Source: Hormiphora californensis (Eukaryota > Animalia > Ctenophora). Taken from it: 64,000 bases of DNA. The position numbers and the translations under genes were made by a program. The first letter of the stretch is position 1; every line of letters starts with the position of its first letter. Below, piece after piece: positions 55,601-64,000 of this stretch. Below the pieces are notes generated by a model. The model saw only the letters and a program-made list of their open reading frames with translations, searched no databases and had not been told where the DNA came from. The stretch is from positions 7,688,001-7,752,000 of the forward strand of contig CM035359.1 in the NCBI GenBank assembly GCA_020137815.1. The letters are read 5' to 3'.

Positions 55601-58299
55601 TACCGTGGCCTCGCAACTCTAATTCGCCCTTTCTTGTAGGTGTACGATGAACAACTACCCAATAACCGTGTCTATATTTGGGTACTGTCATAATTATCCA
55701 CTCTGCGATGACAACTACAACAACATCTGTCCCTCTGTAGATAGGGACTGCTCAATTCACAAAGGGCAGCTGTGTGATGGCCGCAAAGATTGTAGCTCTA
55801 AGGTTGACGAAGAACAGTGTACAGGGAAGACAGTAGAGTTTGTTTGTGAGAAGAGGTTCCATACGGTATACAAGGAGAGGAAGCCTCTCGCCCTCCCTAT
55901 GTCCTGGGTGATGGATGGTGCGTAGATGCTGGACGGTCGAGATGAGAATGAGAAGATCTGGCTGATCTGCGATTACGCAGGAGTCTACAGGACATATTTA
56001 GAGCCCCTGAGTGGAAATATCTGCCAGGAAGTTCTGATTTGTCCCGGTGATGGTGAGACCTTCATTCCGATGAACGAGCTGTGTGACAGGATAAATACCT
56101 GCTCTTTCGAGAACCAGTTGTGTGACGCAGCCATAGGCAGGGAGGTATTGGCTGTAGAGGCAGCTGTCAGCCGGGGTGAAATATGGATGGAACACTGTTT
56201 TCCAAATCCTGTGCACGACTTGGAAATGCAATTGGGAAAGTGTCACCGTGTTGAGCACATGGATGGCGGTCTAGCAAAAAGCGTTTTTGATGTCCAGAAG
56301 CCGGTCATGGTAAATCTTCCTACACTAAATGCTAAAGACTGCTCTTATTTATTCGGAGAACAATACGTCTACTCATCGTGCAACCACCGCTGTGCGAATG
56401 CCAAGTGTCCACTGCGACCAGCCACTCGTGACACCTGCACCAACTATGGGAAACAGCGAGTCCTATCTTTAGCTGACACTTTTCCACCCGATCTGTTGCC
56501 CTTGTTGAAGGTCCCTGGTGCATGGCAGTATGAGAACCGGTACTTCCCGTGTGCGAACAAGAGGTGCGTCTTGTACAGGAGTGTGCAACTTGAGAGACGA
56601 CTGCAACGATGGATCTGACGAGGAAAAACTGTATCAACTACTTCAGTTGTACAAGAAGTGGTGTCAAACTTCCCAAAACGTCCGTGTGTAATGGAAAAAT
56701 TGAGTGCAGTGGACTTATGATGAATGCCAAGAGGAATGCCCTAGCACAAACAAAAATATTCTAGCCAACAACTATGTCAGGTGCTCCTGTTACATATTTG
56801 GAACTCTAGCCACCTTGCTTAACATGGTGACAGTTGTACGATCTGCGTGGAGCTGCAGTAGTAGAAAGAAAGTTGGAAACCTTATGAATCAGGTCACCAT
56901 ACTTCTAGTTAGTATGGGAGATATTCTAATTGGCTTCTATCTCATCGGGATATCGGTTGAGGATCATAATCAACGAATGTCAGGGGACTACTGTGCCAAG
57001 AGATTCCAGTGGCTAACCTCTAAAGGATGTATCGTTCTCGGTATTATCAGTACCATTGGCTCGCAACTGTCACTTTTTGCGATGACTATTCTGAGCTTAG
57101 TCCGCCTCAGAACTTATTCAAGATGGATTAAAACAGGGTTGCGATCTGTAAACTCAATTTTAAAGATCATCCTGTTGATCCTTGCACCCATTCTGGCTAG
57201 CATTGCGGTGGCGGTGTCGCCCATTTTGCCTATTTTCGACGATTATTTCAAAAACGGACTTTACTATGACAAATCACACACTATTTTTGGGACCAATTGA
57301 CAAGGCACGGCATGTGGCCACATTCAACGCAAGGAGCCCAGGACACCCAGAAAAAATGACGTGGAAAGAAATCCGTGAGGCAACAAAAAATGTATTACTT
57401 TTGACCATGGAGGTAAGTGTAAGTCAAACTCGTTTACTCGACTTCAATTTACCGGAACGAAACGGTTCCAAAACCAGAGGGAATGCGGAAATGGGTCTGA
57501 TTTAAATTGTATACGTTGTGAAACTAAAACAAATTCATTTGTAAGTTTTCAATATTTCAGGTGTTCCAAGTGCAGTGTTGAGCTTCTATGGTAATGATGG
57601 GTGTGTATCTTCAAGTACCTTGTCACGAGAAATGATCCCCAATGGGCCTTCTCAATGGCCATCAATATAACCAACTTTCTATGCTTCATATCATTACTGG
57701 AAGTTATATTGGCTTGGCGATAAAGAGTATGCGGTCAGCAAGAAACGTGGCACAAAAACAACAGGGCAATCAAGAGGAATATACAAACGCCTACAAATAA
57801 GGTCACGGCTATTATAGTAACTGATTTCTTCTGCTGGATCCCTCTTTGTATGGTTTCATTTCTACACTGGGGTGAGGTGATTGATGCCTCCCCTTGGTAT
57901 ATATACTTCTCCACTGTCGTTCTCCCTATCAACTCGTCATCAACCCTCTGCTGTACGATCGGTGTATCGTTAAATATGTCATCAGCAAACCTATCCAGGG
58001 ATTGCAGTATTTAGGATGAAATCTCGAATCTTTTCGGAATAAGGTTCACCCATTGAGAGAGGAGATTGGTATGACGATTATGCAACAAGAGCCCAGACCC
58101 CAGACCACCATGCAAATAGAGCCCTCGACTGTTAAAAGGAACCAAATGTTTGTTGTAAGAGGTAACAAGTCACCGCTATCACGTCAGCCTAAATTGCGGA
58201 ATAGGGACATAGCACATCGGCATCAAAGAAATGAAGTCACAGTTGGTTCTGCTTCAAGTTATCGAGAATATCGATGAAAATGCAGCAGCAGAGGAAGTA

Positions 58300-58740
58300 A
58301 TAACCGAGATAGGAGTGCAGCAGAAAACCGAGATGGAATGCAGCAGACAACCGAGATGGGAGTGCAGCAAACAGCCGAGATGGGAGTGCAGCAGACAACC
58401 GAGATGGGAGTGCAGCAGACAACCGAAATGGGGTACAGCAGACAACCGAGATGGGAGTGCAGCAAACAGCCGAGATGGGAGTGCAGCAGACAACCGAGAT
58501 GGGAGTGCAGCAGACAACCGAGATTAGAGTGCAGCAGGCAACCGAGATGGGAGTGCAGCAGAAAACCGAGATGGGAGTGCAGCAAACAGCCGAAATAGGA
58601 GTGCAGCAGACAACCAAGATGGGAGTGCAGCAGACAACCGAGATGGGAGTACAGCAGACAACCGAGATGGGAGTGCAGCAGACAACCGAGAGTGCAGCAG
58701 ACAACCGGATGGGAGTGCAGCAGAAAACCGATATGGGATT
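58300..58740 (+). repeat. Coding 24-bp repeat (EMGVQQTT)n in the GPCR C-tail
   Basis: GAGATGGGAGTGCAGCAGACAACC units. Confidence 0.9.
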
Positions 58741-59473
58741 TGAATAGAGGCGGAATATCAGCGGTGGAGATTGAATAGCTAAAAAACCAGAACTAACAGC
58801 AATTTGAGTGATAAACTGATGATAAAGTTGAAGAACGGCAATCAAGAAGGACTGAGTGAGAGTCGAATGGGTGGTATTTGAGAGTGTGCTTAAGCTTTGT
58901 TTTTCGCTCATGTTATTATATTATTATTACGTATCATGCTGATGTTCCTCATATATTAGAGTACATAGAAAAATAGAGTGCTAGCTGTTTTTATAATCCA
59001 ATTCTTCAACGGGTCTTGAACTATGAGACGCGAAATTTTCATGTAATTAAGAATATGTGTGTATGAGAAATATATGCCAAAAAATGTCTTTGGCTATTTA
59101 TTGTTATGTTAGCATGTATATGTATTGTATTTTCTGCTCGTTTTCAATCATTACTCTTCTACAGTACTTTACATTTAAAACACATTTAAATCACGGCAGT
59201 TCACTGTTCCCTACCATTTTATCTTATTTTTTAGGGTTATAAAACATAAATATAAATATGTAGATTATACTAGCGCAAAGATGTTATATAACAAGTTGTT
59301 ATATAACATCTTGTCGCTTGATAAACAACAAAGAAGAACAAATCACGTGACAGTGCCCTTGCTGAGGTATAAAAACCATACAAATTTCCGTTCTAAGCAG
59401 ATCATTCGAACTATTCAGGGACCAGCAGGCACCTCCGCCCTGACTGCGGTTTTGCGTGGTTTCCACGATAAAT

Positions 59474-62400
59474 ATGGAGCTTTGGTATTCCATCGTTATG
59501 ACCCTCTGTATCGCAGCAACTCCTCCTAATGAGAGCATTCCTACGCCGGCTCCTCCTGCTGGGGCATTTCCTAGGCATGGATCCGCCTGATTATGTTTTC
59601 CTCGGTAGGCTCCTCCTGATGGGGCATTTCTAGGCATTGCTCCTCCCTGATTGATGCATTCCTAGCAGGCTTCTCCTGATGGTGCATTTCTATGCAGGCT
59701 CCTCCTATGGGGATTTCCCTAGGCAGGTCCTCCATGATGACGCATTTCTAGGCAGGCTTCCTCCTGATGTAGCATTTCCTAGGCAGGCCTCCTCCTGGAG
59801 AGTTATTTCCTAGGCAGGCTCCTCCAGATGGGACATTTCCTAGGCAGGCTCCTCCTAATGAGGCATTTCCTAGGCAGGCTTCTCCTGATGGGGCATTTGC
59901 TAGGCAGGCTCCTCCTGATGAGGCATTTCCTAGGCAGGCTCCTCCAGATGAGGCATTTCCTAGGCAGGCTCCTCCTGATGAGGCATTTCCCAGGCAGGCT
60001 CCTCCTGATGAGGCATTTCCTAGGCAGGCAATACGAGGAGGCTGGACAACCCCAACTAAACAGAAGACTGATCCGACAGGAGCCCTCGACTGCCAAATTA
60101 TAGTTTACCACGGATACATTAAAGAGAGTTGTACTGAAAAAAGCGATGAAGCTGTATTATATCATGAGAACGTTTTTCGGTGTGCATCATCCCCAAATGT
60201 GGTATACAGTTTCCCTGACGACCCATTTGCAGACTCTTTTATGGGCCCACTGATACGATTTGCTATGTCAGATAAAGATAAGTGCCAGGGTGACGATGGG
60301 TTCTACCAAATGTGTGGATTGGTTCAAGACCCTGGAACATCTGTCTATACGGTTGGATCGGATGGAAGTATTGCACTGTGCGGCTACCAGCTTTGTCACG
60401 AAGCAATTTCACGGATGGACTGGAATCACAAGCGAATGGAAACATTGCTTCCCGCCGAAAAATGCCGTTACCAGTGAAAAGGAGAAAGGAATTTGTGATA
60501 ATTTCTGTCAACGGGACTGCCAAGATGAATCATACTGTAACGGTGTACAATATGGGATCTACTGTACCCCCATAGGGAAGGATGAAGTGCACTACGTGGA
60601 CCCTTCAAGGGTACAATGTTGTTTTTTAGTGCTGGTGCTCCGTCATATTCGCCGCCTGCATAAAACGTCAACCAAAGCTTTGTCCACGACGTCTAAGACG
60701 CAGTCCACTGACATCGAATGTTTTTTGCCGGTTTTGGACAACGCTTTGGGCGGCGCTGTGCGGGGGGGGGGGGGGGGGCAATATGGCGGAGCACCATACC
60801 ACTGGTACTGGTAGGTAGGCGGTAAATGTTAGGGCGTTCAGGTACATGCAATTTGGTGAAACCCACCCTAAGGGACCAACTTACAAAAAAAGAACCCGAG
60901 TATGTTAACCACAAGTACTCGAGTACTTTGTATCAAAAGAGGTGTGAGGGTTAACTAACCCGAACTAACCCGTGCAGCACTCAAGTGCTGACAACCCAAT
61001 CAAAATACGTATGTCTGTCGCACGCGGGTATTTTTACCCCAAACACAAAAGTACCCAAACTTTTTGTAAGTTGCTCTGTAACCCTAATACAACCCTAACT
61101 CCTAACATCGAACCCGAACAACAACCCCAACACTCCTAAGACGAAATATAAACCAGTGAACTCTCGTATCCGGCTTATCGGCCGAATTTTTGAATTCCTA
61201 TGAGAGTGCACTTGTATTGATTACATACCTGTAAATTTTGCACGCACGTGAGTTCTGTACCAGAACGCCCTAACCATATGTCTCATTCTCCATCCATATC
61301 TTACTCTCTGTGGCTCACATCACTGATCACACACTGTGAATAGAGAGTGAGCGACGGGCCCTTTTCAATCGAATTGCATCCTCTAGTCTAAACAAGTTCA
61401 TCACTTTGCGATGTGATTTCATGTCAGAATGCCTGGTCTATAAAAAGGAGCTATGCCACCATGGCATAACGTTTGTACGCAGAAACGAATTGCCGACAAG
61501 AGTGAAATCCTGTGACGCAAAACTTTAACTATTTCAACTCAGAAGTAACTTTGCGGGGCGCTTCCTACGAGGGGGGAACACCTACTAAAATATAGCACAT
61601 TGTTTCAGATTTGCTTGGAACCATATTGTGAAGATGGAAGCGATACAAGGAATTGTTTTGTCGAAAAGGGAACACCAGGTTCTTGCAAGCGCCAAAATCA
61701 AGTCTATAAAGAAGGAACTTCCTCCTCTGTAGACTTCAGTTTCTCAGGAAGGTAATAGGGACTGAATAACTACTAGTAAGCCAATTATTAATTAGACTCA
61801 ACCAAATAGAGCCATTTAGGGGGCATCGAAACCCAAGCCATTTATTGGTTAATTTTCCACCGTAACGATATAAACCTAACCTAAAATTCCCCCTTCCAGT
61901 GTGAACAGTCCGGCAAAATACATAATCCCTCGGCCAGATATGCGATGTAGCACTCCAACTAGCTGGGAATCAACCTTCGCTACCCTTTTTGTTTCCGTAG
62001 AGCACGCACACACATTGTGCAGTGAGCCCCTTGGCATGGAACACACTAACTGTAGTGATCTTAATAGGATCTCAATTCTAGGGTTAGTATTGTTTTAAAG
62101 CAGCAATTGACTAATGCTAAAAGTAGCGACCTTACCGTGGCCTCGCAACTCTAATTCGCCCTTACTTGTAGGTGTACGATGAACAACTACCCAATAACCG
62201 TGTCTATATTTGGGTACTGTCATAATTATCCACTCTGTGATGACAACTACAACAACATCTGTCCCTCTGTAGATAGGGGCTGCTCAATTCACAAAGGGCA
62301 GCTGTGTGATGGCCGCAAAGATTGTAGCTCTAAGGTTGACGAAGAACAGTGTACAGGGAAGACAGTAGAGTTTGTTTGTGAGAGAAGGTTCCATACGGTA

Positions 62401-64000
62401 TACAAGGAGAGGAAGCCTCTCGCCCTCCCTATGTCCTGGGTGATGGATGGTGCAGTAGATTGCTTGGACGGTCGAGATGAGAATGAGAAGATCTGGCTGA
62501 TCTGCGATTACGCAGGAGTCTACAGGACATATTTAGAGCCCCTGAGTGGAAATATCTGCCAGGAAGTTCTGATTTGTCCCGGTGAGGGTGAGACCTTCAT
62601 TCCGATGAATGAGCTGTGTGACAGGATAAATACCTGCTCTTTCGAGAACCAGTTGTGTGACGCAGCCATAGGCAGGGAGGTATTGGCTGTAGAGGCAGCT
62701 GTCAGCCAGGGCGAAATATGGATGGAACACTGTTTTCCAAATCCTGTGCACGACTTGGAAATGCAATTGGGAAAGTGTCACCGTGTTGAGCACATGGATG
62801 GCGGTCTGGCAAAAAGCGTTTTTGATGTCCATAAGCCGGTCATGGTAAATCTTCCTACACTAAAAGCTAAAGACTGCTCTTATCTATTCGGAGAACAATA
62901 CGTCTACTCATCGTGCAACCACCGCTGTGCGAATGCCAAGTGTCCACTGCGACCAGCCACTCGTGACACCTGCACCAACTATGGGAAACAGCGAGTCCTA
63001 TCTTTAGCTGACACTTTTCCACCCGATCTGTTGCCCTTGTTGAAGGTCCCTGGTGCACTTGGCCAGTATGAGAACCGGTACTTCCCGTGTGCGAACAAGA
63101 GGTGCGTCTTGTACAGGGATGTGTGCAACTTGAGAGACGACTGCAACGATGGATCTGACGAGGAAAACTGTATCAACTACTTCAATTGTACAAGAAGTGG
63201 TGTCAAACTTCCCAAAACGTCCGTGTGTAATGGAAAAATTGAGTGCAGTGACTTATCTGATGAATGCCAAGAGGAATGCCCTAGCACAAACAAAAATATT
63301 CTAGCCAACAACTATGTCAGGTGCTCCTGTTACATATTTGGAACTCTAGCCACCCTCTTTAACATGGTGACAGTTGTACGATCTGCATTGAGCTGCAGTA
63401 GAAAGAAAAAGTTGGAAACCTTAATGAATCAGGTCACCATACTTCTAGTTAGTATGGGAGATATTCTAATTGGCTTCTATCTCATCGGGATATCGGTTGA
63501 GGATCATACTCAACGAATGTCAGGGGACTACTGTGCGAAGAGATTCCAGTGGCTAACCTCTAAAGGATGCATCGTTCTCGGTATTATCAGTACCATTGGC
63601 TCGCAACTGTCACTTTTTGCGATGACTATTCTGAGCTTAGTCCGCCTCAGAAATTCTTCAAGAATGATTCAAACAGGGTTGCGATCTGTAAACTCGATTT
63701 TAAAGATCGTCCTGTTGATCCTTGCACCCATTCTGGCTAGCATTGCGGTGGCGGTGTCGCCCATTTTGCCTATTTTCGACGATTATTTCAACAACGGACT
63801 TTACTATGACAAATCACCACTATTTTTGGGACCAATTGACAAGGCACGGCATGTGGCCACATTCAACGCAAGGAGCCCAGGACACCCAGAAAAAATGACG
63901 TGGAAAGAAATCCGTGAGGCAACAAAAAATGTATTTACTTTTGACCATGGAGGTAAGTGTAAGTCAAACTCGTTTACTTGACTTCAATTTACCGGAACGA
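59474..64000 (+). CDS. LDLa-repeat class A GPCR, copy 2 (runs off the window end)
   Basis: Tandem paralog offset by ~7.4 kb. The main exon ~62172-63951 is fully open (600-aa ORF with several LDLa modules and TM1-TM4); donor GTAAGT at ~63952. The 5' repeat exon 59520-59830 is indel-rich. Confidence 0.82.
60876..61073. mobile_element. Small MITE-like insertion specific to the GPCR copy 2 intron
   Basis: CAACTTACAAAAA...TTTTTGTAAGTTG inverted termini; absent from the matching position (~53515) of copy 1. Confidence 0.6.

Larger units (their letters stand above)
52083..58747 (+). pseudogene. LDLa-repeat class A GPCR (GRL101/LGR-related 7TM, no LRRs), copy 1; many frameshifts (pseudogene or sequence errors)
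   Basis: Signal peptide MELWYSIVMTLCIAA; (PPDGAFPRQA)n; Cys-rich and LDLa motifs (CDGRKDC..DEEQC). 7TM motifs: LVSMGDILIGFYL, C...W...GC..LGIISTIGSQLSLFAMTILSLVR, IIVTDFFCWIPL, VLPINS. C-tail (EMGVQQTT)n to the stop at 58747. Indels at ~52430, 55920, 56520, 56580, 56710, 57280 and elsewhere relative to copy 2. Confidence 0.8.

Overview
Eukaryotic (animal) genomic DNA with GT-AG introns, (GA/CT)n microsatellites and many transposable elements. The LDLa-domain GPCRs without LRRs, the nested genes and the small introns suggest a non-bilaterian marine invertebrate such as a ctenophore, but this is inference. Spliced genes read by eye: an AUR1/IPC-synthase-like (PAP2_3) phosphotransferase (+, ~6.6-19.2 kb) with an intronless MFS transporter nested in one intron; a CHST15-like sulfotransferase (+); a secreted EPN-type C-type lectin (-); and the 3' part of a CDKL kinase (-), whose upstream intron appears to contain two tandem copies of an LDLa-7TM GPCR (+). 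Mobile DNA includes four non-LTR retroelements: one with an apparent -1 frameshift ORF1-ORF2 junction, one ORF1-only insertion, and two 5'-truncated RT copies. There are also several long fold-back DNA transposons with TA, TTAA or 9-bp TSDs, MITEs and minisatellites. Main findings: (i) a fungal-type IPC-synthase homologue with an intact catalytic triad in an animal-like genome; (ii) minisatellites built from exon/splice-site junctions in at least three places; (iii) an A_AAA_AAC slippery site joining LINE ORF1 to an ATG-less ORF2; (iv) two different retroelements inserted at the same register of one minisatellite. Exon coordinates were derived by hand and may be off by a few nucleotides.
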